A DNA stretch of 50,611 bases from a virus (Duplodnaviria > Caudoviricetes). Location: the IMG/VR virus record IMGVR_UViG_3300036466_000252, positions 1 through 50,611 of that record; one strand, given 5' to 3'. The notes below the pieces were generated by a model. That model saw nothing but the letters and a program-made list of their open reading frames with translations. It did no database searches and was not told where the DNA came from. Positions within the stretch are counted from its first letter, which is position 1. Each line of letters begins with the position of its first letter. Positions 33,596 through 42,709 of the stretch are shown piece by piece. The position numbers were made by a program, and so were the translations under genes.

Positions 33596-36050
33596 AGCTC
33601 AAGCGCTCCTCGTCCTCGTACTGCTCGCGCAGCTTCATGAGCAGGTCGTCATGCCCTGCCGTTAGCGCTTGGGTAACGTCCTGCCGGGTTGTGCTGCTGC
33701 CGCCTTGCACGGTTATTTGCGGGCGATAGGTCAGCTGCACCACTTGGCTGCCGCCTGACGCCGGGCCGGAAAGGCTGTCTGCACCGATGGTGCGTGACAG
33801 GGCAGCTTGGGAGTCCTGCAGCACGCCGCCCTGCCCGTATGCGGTGACGGGCACGTGAATGCCTTGCGATGCCACTGCCATGCCTGCGGACAGGCTGGCG
33901 GCCATGCCTGCGGCCATAGGCTTGGCGATAGCGCTGCCGCCCGCCTTGGCCACCCCATCGCCAAGCGTGGTCATGATCCGCTGCCCGCTTAGGGTCAGCT
34001 GACTGAGCGGGCCTTTCTTGGCGTCGGAGAACGGCAGGTATTCGCGCACTTCCGCAAACGCGCCTTCGACCTTGGCGACAAGATCATCTTTCATGGACAG
34101 GATGCCATCGGCCAGCGTGCCCATGATGGCCTTGCCGCTCTCGAAAAGATTGATGCCTTCGATGTAGTCCATGACTGATTGCCACGCGCTGACCATCCAC
34201 TCGACCGGCTCGAAGGTCATCAGGTATTCCACCATGCCATCAACGGCATTGCCGACACTGGCTTTGATGGTACCCCACAGCTCGGACGCCTTGGCTGACA
34301 GGTAATCCCAGTTCTCGTAGATCAGGTAACCAGCCGCTGCCAGCGCCGCGAGGCCGGCGATTATGAGGCCGATTGGGTTTGCCGTCATTGCGGCATTGAG
34401 CAGCCATTGCGCGCCCGCAAGCGCCTTGGTGGCGGCGCTGGCGATAGCGCCAGACTTGGCCAGCAGATAGAGGCCGCGCCCGGTCTGCCATAGTGCCGAC
34501 ACCATGCCCAGCGCTGACGCAATAACCTTGGCGCTGAATACCCCGGCCACGATCAGTGCGAGGTTGTCATAGCCGCCCACCAGCTCCGCGACTTGCGCGG
34601 TAACCTTGGCCATGGTGCCCAGATACGAGCCAATGCCTTTCGCCGCCTCGATTATATGCGGCAGCGCGTCACCCAAGCGGGACTGCAGGACGTTGCCCCA
34701 CTCCTCAATCTGGTCGCGGTTTTCCGCCACCCACTGGCTCATTTCGCGCATGCCTGTGGTTAGCGCCGGGACCAATGCAAGCGCCATGGTATTGCGCACG
34801 CCGATAAGCGCACCTTGCGCCTCCCGCATCGCCTTGGTGTATTCGCGCGCTGACTTGCCGCCCTTGTCGCCCAGCGTGTACCCCAGTTCGTCGGCCCGTT
34901 CTTTCAGGCGCTCAATCTGGTCAGCCGATGCACTGGCCAGCTCGGCCATCTGTTCACCGCCAGTACCGCCGAACAGTTCGTCAACAATGCGCTGCCGGGC
35001 AGCCACGTTTTCGATGCCCCGCAGCTTCTCCGCCACCACGTCGAACAGCTTGGCGGTATCGCCCGACAGGTCCGCCACTTTCTGCTGAGACAGGCCCAAG
35101 CGGCTGAATGCCTCTTCTGCCGGCCCCACCCCGGTGACGGCGAATTCATCCGCCCGCAGTGACAGCTCCTTGATACCGTCAATCATGGCGTCTTGCTGCA
35201 CGCCATACTGCCGCCCCACGTACTCGAGACGGGATAGCTCGCTGACGGTCAGGCCAAGGCGCTCGGCCCATTGCGCGGTTTCGTTGGCGCTTTCAGCAAA
35301 GCCGTGAACCATGAAGGTGGTAGCGCCACCCACGACACCCGCCGCCACGGTAGCGTTCCGCCCAAGGGTGCCCAGCTCGGTGCCGAACTTGCCGGCAGCA
35401 CCCGGCAGGTCGGCACCCACGACACGCCGCCAGCCTTCCGCGCGCCGCTGCGTGCGCAGCAGCTGGCGGGCCAGACGTTCCTGCTCTTCGGTGAGGTTTT
35501 CAGTGGACTGGCCGGCCTCGGCCATCTCCGCGCCCAAGCGGTCCAGCTCTGTGCGCTGCTGGTCGGCTGCGGTGCCCAGCTTGCGGGCGTCGCGGGCGGC
35601 GCGTTCCATTTCGCGGCCAAGGCTGTTTGTTTGGCGCTCGGACGCCCGGAACTCTTTGCGCACCGATGCGGCCCGGTCACGGGCTGCAGCAAGCTGCTGC
35701 ACCATGGCTTCGGTGGGTTCCTCGGTGTTGCGCATTTCATGCGCCAGACGTTGCACTTCGCCTTCGGCATCTTGGAGGGTCCGCGCAAGGGCGCGTGTCG
35801 GCCCCTTGGCGGTTTCAAACTCTTGCGAAAGCCGGGCGGCCTCCGCCTGCGCTTGATCGAACTTCTGCTGCGTCTCGGTCACTTCGCGCTGCAGGTTGTC
35901 AAAGCGGGTCACGCGGTTGCGCTGCGTCTCTAGTTGCTGCGCTCGCTCGTTTAGCTGGCCAAGGTTGTTGCTTGCGGACAGCACCGAGCTATTGAATGAC
36001 CGGGAAACCTTCCCGGCCAATTCGACGGCTATTTGGTATGCGTTTGCCAT
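33588..36050 (-). CDS. Tape measure protein
   Basis: 820 aa with coiled-coil N-terminus, 'ANPIGLII' and hydrophobic segments; follows the chaperones. Confidence 0.92.
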   Translation of the reverse strand: MANAYQIAVELAGKVSRSFNSSVLSASNNLGQLNERAQQLETQRNRVTRFDNLQREVTETQQKFDQAQAEAARLSQEFETAKGPTRALARTLQDAEGEVQRLAHEMRNTEEPTEAMVQQLAAARDRAASVRKEFRASERQTNSLGREMERAARDARKLGTAADQQRTELDRLGAEMAEAGQSTENLTEEQERLARQLLRTQRRAEGWRRVVGADLPGAAGKFGTELGTLGRNATVAAGVVGGATTFMVHGFAESANETAQWAERLGLTVSELSRLEYVGRQYGVQQDAMIDGIKELSLRADEFAVTGVGPAEEAFSRLGLSQQKVADLSGDTAKLFDVVAEKLRGIENVAARQRIVDELFGGTGGEQMAELASASADQIERLKERADELGYTLGDKGGKSAREYTKAMREAQGALIGVRNTMALALVPALTTGMREMSQWVAENRDQIEEWGNVLQSRLGDALPHIIEAAKGIGSYLGTMAKVTAQVAELVGGYDNLALIVAGVFSAKVIASALGMVSALWQTGRGLYLLAKSGAIASAATKALAGAQWLLNAAMTANPIGLIIAGLAALAAAGYLIYENWDYLSAKASELWGTIKASVGNAVDGMVEYLMTFEPVEWMVSAWQSVMDYIEGINLFESGKAIMGTLADGILSMKDDLVAKVEGAFAEVREYLPFSDAKKGPLSQLTLSGQRIMTTLGDGVAKAGGSAIAKPMAAGMAASLSAGMAVASQGIHVPVTAYGQGGVLQDSQAALSRTIGADSLSGPASGGSQVVQLTYRPQITVQGGSSTTRQDVTQALTAGHDDLLMKLREQYEDEERLSYD

Positions 36051-36051
36051 G

Positions 36052-36216
36052 TCATTTCCGCTTGGTTGACTGTTTTACGGCTGCCGTCCAGCCGGACAGT
36101 CTGCGGATCGGAATACTCATCCAGTAGCTGACCGGCGTGCTGCTGACGCCTTGCGACAGATGCAGGGCGGTCACCCGGACTTCATGCGCGGGATTGCGCC
36201 CTAGCCTAGCAAAAAA
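36052..36216 (-). CDS. -1 frameshift extension of the tail assembly chaperone (P2 E+E'/lambda GT type)
   Basis: Slippery TTTTTTG (36210-36216) just before the chaperone stop; the -1 frame stays open to 36052, abutting the tape measure start. Confidence 0.8.
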   Translation of the reverse strand, partial: FFARLGRNPAHEVRVTALHLSQGVSSTPVSYWMSIPIRRLSGWTAAVKQSTKRK

Positions 36217-36512
36217 GCCTGCGCTCTCCGGCACATCTCGGACACGTCAGCGGCGCTCATCTTGCGCGTGGCCTCATAGCTGATGCCACAAGCACGGCAC
36301 GCGATAAGACGCTGGTAGGCAGGTGACAGCGCGGGCACGGATGCAAACTTGCCCAGCGCTGCAAATTCGTCATCGACAGCCTCAAGGTCGTCGCCGGTCA
36401 GCTGGTCGAAGTCGAACGTAATAGTGGCGATTTCCTTTTCGTCGTGCATGACCGGCTTGCGCAGTTTCATGACGTTGGAAACGGGATTGTTGGCGGGTTT
36501 AGCTGCGGCCAT
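36201..36512 (-). CDS. Tail assembly chaperone
   Basis: Between tube and tape measure; 'LRKPV...FDQLTGDDL'. Confidence 0.85.
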   Translation of the reverse strand: MAAAKPANNPVSNVMKLRKPVMHDEKEIATITFDFDQLTGDDLEAVDDEFAALGKFASVPALSPAYQRLIACRACGISYEATRKMSAADVSEMCRRAQAFLLG

Positions 36513-36589
36513 TTCATGGCTCCTTGTGGTGTCAGTCTTTTGGGATTGGTGACGCCCCGGGGTTGCCGGGGCGCTTGCTCATTGTACCG

Positions 36590-37114
36590 TTAATTGAAGC
36601 CCAAATGCTCGCGCACGGAATCCAGAATGTCGGTATCGCCGGTCTTGTCGATATAGTTGAACTTGTCGATCTCGCGCACGGCCGTGCCGTCATACCAGAC
36701 CTTGATACGGCGGACTTCATACTCGCCGCTGGCGTCCATGGTGCTACCCATGGCGACAGAGCCAAGGTCGGTAGACTTGGGCACCACCGTCATGGCAACG
36801 CGCAGCGGTACGCTCTTGATGCCGCCGCCACCTGCGTCCTCGACCTGAATTGACCCGCGCACTTCGATATTGTGGGTGGTGGTTGCCGACAGCTCGATGA
36901 TGCTGCGGGTGACGGTGCGGAAGTTGATGCTGGTCGTCATGCTGCCGTAGTGACCCATAACCGGCTGGTCGACTTCGCCCGCGATGCCTGCACCGGATAC
37001 CGTCTGCGTGATTGCGGCGATGGTCGGCAGCGTGACATCCGCGACGCCCAGCATGTTTTCCGCATCGTTGTATACGCGGAAGTTGATCAGCATTTCCGGG
37101 ATTTGATTAGCCAT
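36590..37114 (-). CDS. Tail tube protein (P2 FII-like)
   Basis: 'LGVADVTLP...SGAGIAGE...EIDKFN'. Confidence 0.92.
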   Translation of the reverse strand: MANQIPEMLINFRVYNDAENMLGVADVTLPTIAAITQTVSGAGIAGEVDQPVMGHYGSMTTSINFRTVTRSIIELSATTTHNIEVRGSIQVEDAGGGGIKSVPLRVAMTVVPKSTDLGSVAMGSTMDASGEYEVRRIKVWYDGTAVREIDKFNYIDKTGDTDILDSVREHLGFN

Positions 37115-37125
37115 TTGCTATGTCC

Positions 37126-38580
37126 TTAGCCGAAAAGGGTTTCGAGGTACTGGGGATCGTATTCAATCACGAAATCCAGTTCGCGCGCCGGGCTGGGCGG
37201 GGTCAAGTAGACGTGGAAACGGGCGATGCCGTCCATCAGGTCAGTGGCCGGGTTTTCGTCAGACTGGAACTCTACGCGGCCGCCAAGCAGGTATTCGCGG
37301 GCGGTCAGGCCGTTGATCCAGATGTTGGCGCTGTCGGTCACCGTCTCGATAAGGCGGCGGCGTAACGGGAAGTCGACGCGCTGCCAGAAGGTGGTCACCA
37401 GCGTATTACCCACCCAACTATTCATGCGACGGATCGGGATGAAGGTGTCCTTGGGGTCAGTGCTGCCCGGGTAAGCGCTGGTGCGGTTGCCCCAGACTTT
37501 CCAGCCGCCGATGAAGTTGAGGCCAGTCACAATGCCCTGGCCGTTCAGGTAATTGGCCATGTCCGGGCCAAGCACCACTTCGCTGCCGTCTGCAAGAACG
37601 AGGCTGTCTGCTTGCAAGTCGAGGTTGCTGGGCGAACGGTACGGGATGCCATCGCTGTCGGCATCGGCCTGCAGGTTGACCGCTGCCACGTGCAGCGACA
37701 TGCGCATGCGACGGCTGCCCAGACCGACGCGCGGCCAGCACGCCACCAGCTTGGGCGCTGTGAAGCCGTTGTCGTTCTTCCACGCGGGTGCCTTGGTGTA
37801 CTGGTCCGCGCCGCTGGCGTCGGTCGGAATGTCCGCCAGAGCCAGTGCGGTGAAATGGTTGTTGATGTTGCCGGCCTTTGCTTCGAGCACAGCGCCCACG
37901 GTGGTATCGGTGCCGAAGCGCGGGGCAAGAATCTGACCCGGGATGATGCGGAACAGCGGGAAAATGCTGTTGACCAGCTCAAGCCCAGTGGCTGCGCCTG
38001 ACGCCACGTCAATGCCGCCCACGACGTCATCAGCCGTCACCGCGCTGGGGTCCAGCGCCGAGTAATCGATCGTCGCTGCGCCTGACAGGCTGCCGCCCGG
38101 CACCTTGGTGATGACGCCGAAACCTTCGTCATTGATGGCGAAGGTGTAATCAGTGCCTTCAACGTAGGTGGTGCCGCCGCCTGACGCCTTGACGACGACA
38201 GTTGAGGCGACCGGGTGCAGGACCGACAAGACAGCCTCATCGTCGCTATCGAAGGTCAGGGTTTCATCTGTTTGATCGGTCTTGTGGGTCGCCGGGTCCA
38301 GTACGTTGATAAGCACCAGCGGGCCTACGTTGTACAGGCTGAAGAACGTGAACAGGGCTTCGGACAGATCGAAGTTTTCGTGGTCGTCGTGGTAGCCCAG
38401 CGCCGCGACTGCCTCGGCGTAGGTGTAGGCCAGTACCGGCTTATTGACGCTGCCAGCGCCATCTGCAGCCATGTGCACCGGGGCACAGCCCACGATAACC
38501 GGCAGACCAGATTCCACCCGGGTGGGCGGCAGGATGGAGGTGGGCACCTCAGAAGAATACGCCCCGTGCTTATACGCCAT
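37126..38580 (-). CDS. Contractile tail sheath protein
   Basis: 'SPSN...ANYLNGQGIVT...WGNRT...FIPIRRM...PPSPA'. Confidence 0.93.
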   Translation of the reverse strand: MAYKHGAYSSEVPTSILPPTRVESGLPVIVGCAPVHMAADGAGSVNKPVLAYTYAEAVAALGYHDDHENFDLSEALFTFFSLYNVGPLVLINVLDPATHKTDQTDETLTFDSDDEAVLSVLHPVASTVVVKASGGGTTYVEGTDYTFAINDEGFGVITKVPGGSLSGAATIDYSALDPSAVTADDVVGGIDVASGAATGLELVNSIFPLFRIIPGQILAPRFGTDTTVGAVLEAKAGNINNHFTALALADIPTDASGADQYTKAPAWKNDNGFTAPKLVACWPRVGLGSRRMRMSLHVAAVNLQADADSDGIPYRSPSNLDLQADSLVLADGSEVVLGPDMANYLNGQGIVTGLNFIGGWKVWGNRTSAYPGSTDPKDTFIPIRRMNSWVGNTLVTTFWQRVDFPLRRRLIETVTDSANIWINGLTAREYLLGGRVEFQSDENPATDLMDGIARFHVYLTPPSPARELDFVIEYDPQYLETLFG

Positions 38581-38583
38581 GCG

Positions 38584-38916
38584 TTACCCCTTGATCTCGT
38601 TCAGTTTGTTTGCGGCGGCTGCAAAGTGCCGCGCTTCGCGTGAGCCACGCTGCGCCAGTCGCTTGCGGGCCTCGGCCAGACCGGAGACTGGCACGAACAG
38701 GTGGTGCAGCTCGGGAACCTGCCCGACCAGCGCATCAATGTGTGCCGGCTTGCCGCCACGGTAGATAGTGAATTGCCGGAGTGCATGGCGCTGCACTGTC
38801 GGGCCAATGTAAATGACGGTGGCAGGTGCCGGCTTTGATGCCGGGGCCGCCGCTGCCTTTGGCGCTGCTTCGTCCTTCGGTGCCGCCTGCTGGGCTTTAC
38901 TCGTATCCCGAGCCAT
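38584..38916 (-). CDS. Hypothetical protein upstream of the sheath
   Basis: 'IYIGPT...LFVPV' pattern; synteny. Confidence 0.7.
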   Translation of the reverse strand: MARDTSKAQQAAPKDEAAPKAAAAPASKPAPATVIYIGPTVQRHALRQFTIYRGGKPAHIDALVGQVPELHHLFVPVSGLAEARKRLAQRGSREARHFAAAANKLNEIKG

Positions 38917-39412
38917 AAAAGTCTGTCTCCATTTTCTCGGCAGTATGTGGCAGCTGCATGGTGATATTCAGCATGGCTATCCACTGGGGGTAAGGCTGTT
39001 CTTCCGGCATTTCCCACGACATGCCCGGCATTACCCGGCAGCGGTCGCCCACCTGCGGGCGGTGGTTCAGGTCGATCATTATGCGCTCGATTACCTGCAG
39101 CGCTTCGCGGTAGCCCGTGGCGTCATCACCGAACGTGCCCACATATATGGAGACGTCCACCGTGTTGCTGCTTTGCCCTGCCGCGCCGCCCTGACCGTTG
39201 CGGCCACCTTCCCGCAGGTGTTCGCCACGCCCGGGCCTGACCATGATGAAAGGGTATTCATTATCGTCAGTCTGTCCGCGCCGCTTGGGCGGTATCCAGC
39301 CATCATAGATGGTCAGATTGCGAAGCTCACCGCCCTGCGTGGGCAGCTGCATTTCGCCCAGCACTTCCCGCAGCCGCTGCCGCAGGTCGTCGGCCATGAG
39401 TAGGATGCTCAT
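38897..39412 (-). CDS. Tail terminator/completion protein (start MSILLM)
   Basis: 'IYDGWIP...YPFIMVR...QPYPQW'; synteny. Confidence 0.7.
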   Translation of the reverse strand: MSILLMADDLRQRLREVLGEMQLPTQGGELRNLTIYDGWIPPKRRGQTDDNEYPFIMVRPGRGEHLREGGRNGQGGAAGQSSNTVDVSIYVGTFGDDATGYREALQVIERIMIDLNHRPQVGDRCRVMPGMSWEMPEEQPYPQWIAMLNITMQLPHTAEKMETDFYGSGYE

Positions 39413-39738
39413 CAGTAATCGTGCGCCTTCATTTCGATGTTCAGAATGTCGCCGTAGTCGTAGGCGTCGGCCACTATGTACACCGAGCCATTGACCTCGA
39501 GGCGCTCGCCCGGCGCGGGCGGGATGCCCCAGTCGGCAGCCCACACGCTTAGTTCCACGACCGTAAGGAAGCTGCCGCCAGTTGGGTCAGCGGCAGCCAT
39601 TTCCTCGCGTCGATCAATGACGCCCGGGAGGGAAAGCGGCGGCTCGCCACCGCCAAACTCAACGGCCACCAGCTCGGCAAACCATTTCATATTGACGCGC
39701 TGCGCCCGTAGGCGCATGGCATCCCAGCGAGCCGCCAT
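39412..39738 (-). CDS. Head-tail joining (FII-like head closure) protein
   Basis: Small beta protein 'GERLEVNGSVYIV'; synteny. Confidence 0.65.
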   Translation of the reverse strand: MAARWDAMRLRAQRVNMKWFAELVAVEFGGGEPPLSLPGVIDRREEMAAADPTGGSFLTVVELSVWAADWGIPPAPGERLEVNGSVYIVADAYDYGDILNIEMKAHDY

Positions 39739-39741
39739 TGG

Positions 39742-39954
39742 TTACTCTCCCGCCTTGGTGTCGGCCTTGGTGTCGGCCTTGGTGGTCTGCGCCTTGGCCG
39801 GGCGACCAGCAACGCCAGACGCCAAGCCCGCCTCTATCAGCTCTTTGGCCAGCGCATCGCCAACTTCATGCGGGTTGCTGGCCGCGCGCAGGGCAACGCG
39901 CTTGCCGCCGTCAACGGCATGCACGCAGCCTTTCACGTTGATTGTCTTAGCCAT
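39742..39954 (-). CDS. Small post-capsid protein (FI-like?)
   Basis: 'AKELIEAGLA' followed by TKAD repeats; directly after the major capsid gene. Confidence 0.6.
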   Translation of the reverse strand: MAKTINVKGCVHAVDGGKRVALRAASNPHEVGDALAKELIEAGLASGVAGRPAKAQTTKADTKADTKAGE

Positions 39955-39978
39955 GGTCCTTCTCCTTGCGTGGGCGGT

Positions 39979-41001
39979 TTAGAGGACGGTCGCGCAGAAC
40001 GCAGCGTCGGGACGGTACGGCACCAGCAGCGGTGCGGACTGCATCAGGAAGATGCGCTCGGACGGGTCTTCGATGGTCCACGACTTGACGAAATACTCGC
40101 GCGGCTGGAAGCCAGCTGCCTCGTCCTTGATCGCGCCGAAGTGACGGACGCCCATAATGTCGCCCACACCCAGCACGGTGCCAGACGGCAGCAGAGCTAC
40201 TTCGGTATTGGTTTCCGGGTCAACGTACCAGTCAGCGACCACCCAATAATCGAAGGTTCCGTCATTGCCCTTGTACTGGACGCCTTCCGGCAGCACGCCC
40301 ACGTTGATGGTGCCGGACTCTACGCGGCGCAGGTCCAGACGCTTTTCGACGTCCACAGAATCACGGAACGCGCGCCATGCGTCCACGTCCATGACGATAG
40401 AGCGAATGGTGGTGCCGGTCTTCTGAAGGCGGTCCATGGCCCAATCTTCGAGATCGGTCTGGGGCTTCACGCCAGTCTGACCCCAGCGAGCGCCGCCAGT
40501 CAGAGTGATGGTGGCGTCAGGGTCGCGCTGGAAGTCGACCACGGCATCAATGCCGTCGCCCTTCACGGTGATCTTGCCGGTGCGTAGGGCTTCCACGGCC
40601 ATGACTTCCATGCGACGGGTCAGCATCTCGGTCTGGTCTTTCAGGTCGCGGCGCACGTTCAGTTGGCGACGCTGCAGCGGGGTCAGCTCTTGACCGGTGC
40701 CGATGGACTCACCTGCAACGCGCTTGAACGGGCGGTCGCTGTCGTGGGTGCGCTTGTCCTTGATGTAGGCCGGCTTGAATGACTTGGTGGTGAAGCCAGC
40801 GCCTTCCACCAGCTTGCCGCCACGCTTGGGGTGAACGAACGGGGCGAGGCGGCGCTTTTCGCCGTTGTGCTCGATGTCGAAGAACACTTCTTCTTTGTCG
40901 CTGGTTTCCACCTGCGGGAAGAAGCGGTTCACGAAGAACGCCTGCGGACGCTTCAGCGTGTCCACGGTGCGGTTCATTTGGGCTGTGCTGTAAAGGCTCA
41001 T
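39979..41001 (-). CDS. Major capsid protein (lambda gpE family)
   Basis: 'RRLAPFVHP...FKPAYIKDK...MQSAPL'. Confidence 0.95.
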   Translation of the reverse strand: MSLYSTAQMNRTVDTLKRPQAFFVNRFFPQVETSDKEEVFFDIEHNGEKRRLAPFVHPKRGGKLVEGAGFTTKSFKPAYIKDKRTHDSDRPFKRVAGESIGTGQELTPLQRRQLNVRRDLKDQTEMLTRRMEVMAVEALRTGKITVKGDGIDAVVDFQRDPDATITLTGGARWGQTGVKPQTDLEDWAMDRLQKTGTTIRSIVMDVDAWRAFRDSVDVEKRLDLRRVESGTINVGVLPEGVQYKGNDGTFDYWVVADWYVDPETNTEVALLPSGTVLGVGDIMGVRHFGAIKDEAAGFQPREYFVKSWTIEDPSERIFLMQSAPLLVPYRPDAAFCATVL

Positions 41002-41016
41002 GCGTCTTGCTCCCGT

Positions 41017-41394
41017 TTAGTAGGCGACTGCCGGTTCGATGAAGATGGACTGGGCGGCCAGCGCGTCGCGCACGCTGTCGGCAGTGTGGCCGGTGCCGAA
41101 GGTCATGGCGTTGCTGTTGAAGTCGCCGGTAATGTAGACGACCGCTTCGACCGCGCCATCGGTAGCATCGGCGTCTTCGGCCAGAATGGCGACCGGCGCT
41201 TCGCTGCCGTCAGCGGCAGCGCTGGCGGACAGGTCGTAATTGCCGTCAGCGGTGATCTTGCCCAGCAGCTCGCCGCGCACATGCGCAGCCCCTGCAGCGA
41301 TGGTGACAACGGCAGTGCGCACCGGGAAATCACCTGCGCGCAGGTGGTCCGGGGTGAAGGTGCCTTCGGTCTGGAAAGTCGGCTTGAAGCTCAT
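41017..41394 (-). CDS. Head decoration protein (lambda gpD family)
   Basis: 'RGELLGKIT...DGSEAPVAILAED...YITGDFN'. Confidence 0.9.
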   Translation of the reverse strand: MSFKPTFQTEGTFTPDHLRAGDFPVRTAVVTIAAGAAHVRGELLGKITADGNYDLSASAAADGSEAPVAILAEDADATDGAVEAVVYITGDFNSNAMTFGTGHTADSVRDALAAQSIFIEPAVAY

Positions 41395-41413
41395 GTGTCG
41401 TTACCCCCTTGGG

Positions 41414-42709
41414 TTAGATGCCGTACTGCTCGCCCAGACGGGCGGATTCGGCGGCGTAGTCGGTTTCAGTTTCCCCAGTGCTTTCCGGGTCCGCGTCAAT
41501 GTCCGGGTTCGGTGCGTCGGCACCCATCAGCGCATCGAAGTTTGCGCCGCCAGTGCGGGCCTCCGGGGCAGCAGCGGCCAGAATGGTGGCAGCGGCTTCA
41601 GCAGTCATGCCAGCCTGACCAGCCAGCGCCATGGCCAGCTTCGGCTTGTCCGCCGCAGCCTCGGCATTCAGGATGCCCATGATACGGCCATGCTCTGCCG
41701 TGGCGGCTTCAGCGCGGGCGTCTTCGACCGCTGACGCTTCAACCATGCCTTCGCGGGCCGAGGCTTCGATCTGGTCGACTAGATCGCCGTGGTCGGCGCG
41801 CAGGGCGGCCATTGTCATTACCGGCTGTGCCGGGGCGTTCGGGTTGCTCATGTTGGCACCTTTGTTTGATTGATACTGCCCGGCTGCGGGCGTGGTATTT
41901 CCGGCACTGCCGGACATTTCAGCAATGACACTTTCCAGCGTGCCCAGCCCATCCGCCATGCCTGCAGCAACTGCAGCTTGACCGATCAACTCGCCACCTT
42001 GCCCGAAATCTGCCATTACCTTTTCGCTGGTGACGCCCCGGAATGCGGCCACGTCATCAATGAAAACTTGCGCCAGCCCGTCGATGGTTGCCTGCACTTG
42101 TGCGCGGCCTTCGTCGGTGCTGGGGTCGCTGCGCTTCTTGGGTGATTGGGTGCTGACAATCTCAAACGAACCATCGTCCGACCTGCCACCCTGCACGCCC
42201 ATAACCGCGCCGATACTGCCGACCATCGCTGATTTGTTCATTACAACACGACCAGCGGCAGCCGTCAGGTAATAACCAGCGCTTGCGCCCAAGCCCCCTA
42301 CATAAGCTGTAACGGGCTTGACGCTGTTTGCGTCACGGATCATGGCGGCCATTTCCGACACGCCATTCACCATGCCGCCCGGGCTGTCGACGTCTAGGAT
42401 TATCCCAGAAACCTGCGGGTTTTTCACCGCTTCATTCAGGTCGCGTGCCAATATTTCATAACTTGTAGCACCACTGATTTCCGTCATGAGGTTGGCGCGC
42501 TTGAACAGTGGTCCCGCCACCGGAATGATCGCCACGCTGCCGCGCAATTCTGCCCGGCGTGTGTTCTCTAGCGCTATGCCTTGCTCCTTTGCCAGCGCCT
42601 TGATGTCGGCATTGTCGCGCTGTGCAACGGCAATAATCGTTTCCAGCATCTGCGGCTGAATAGCCCACTGGGCAGACGTCAGCTGCCCCCAGATTCTCGG
42701 TAATGTCAT
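41414..42709 (-). CDS. S49 prohead protease with C-terminal scaffold (lambda gpC/Nu3 type)
   Basis: 'DVDSPGG', 'ASAGYY', 'VGSIG'; Ala-rich C-terminus with an in-frame internal start at 41851. Confidence 0.93.
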   Translation of the reverse strand: MTLPRIWGQLTSAQWAIQPQMLETIIAVAQRDNADIKALAKEQGIALENTRRAELRGSVAIIPVAGPLFKRANLMTEISGATSYEILARDLNEAVKNPQVSGIILDVDSPGGMVNGVSEMAAMIRDANSVKPVTAYVGGLGASAGYYLTAAAGRVVMNKSAMVGSIGAVMGVQGGRSDDGSFEIVSTQSPKKRSDPSTDEGRAQVQATIDGLAQVFIDDVAAFRGVTSEKVMADFGQGGELIGQAAVAAGMADGLGTLESVIAEMSGSAGNTTPAAGQYQSNKGANMSNPNAPAQPVMTMAALRADHGDLVDQIEASAREGMVEASAVEDARAEAATAEHGRIMGILNAEAAADKPKLAMALAGQAGMTAEAAATILAAAAPEARTGGANFDALMGADAPNPDIDADPESTGETETDYAAESARLGEQYGI

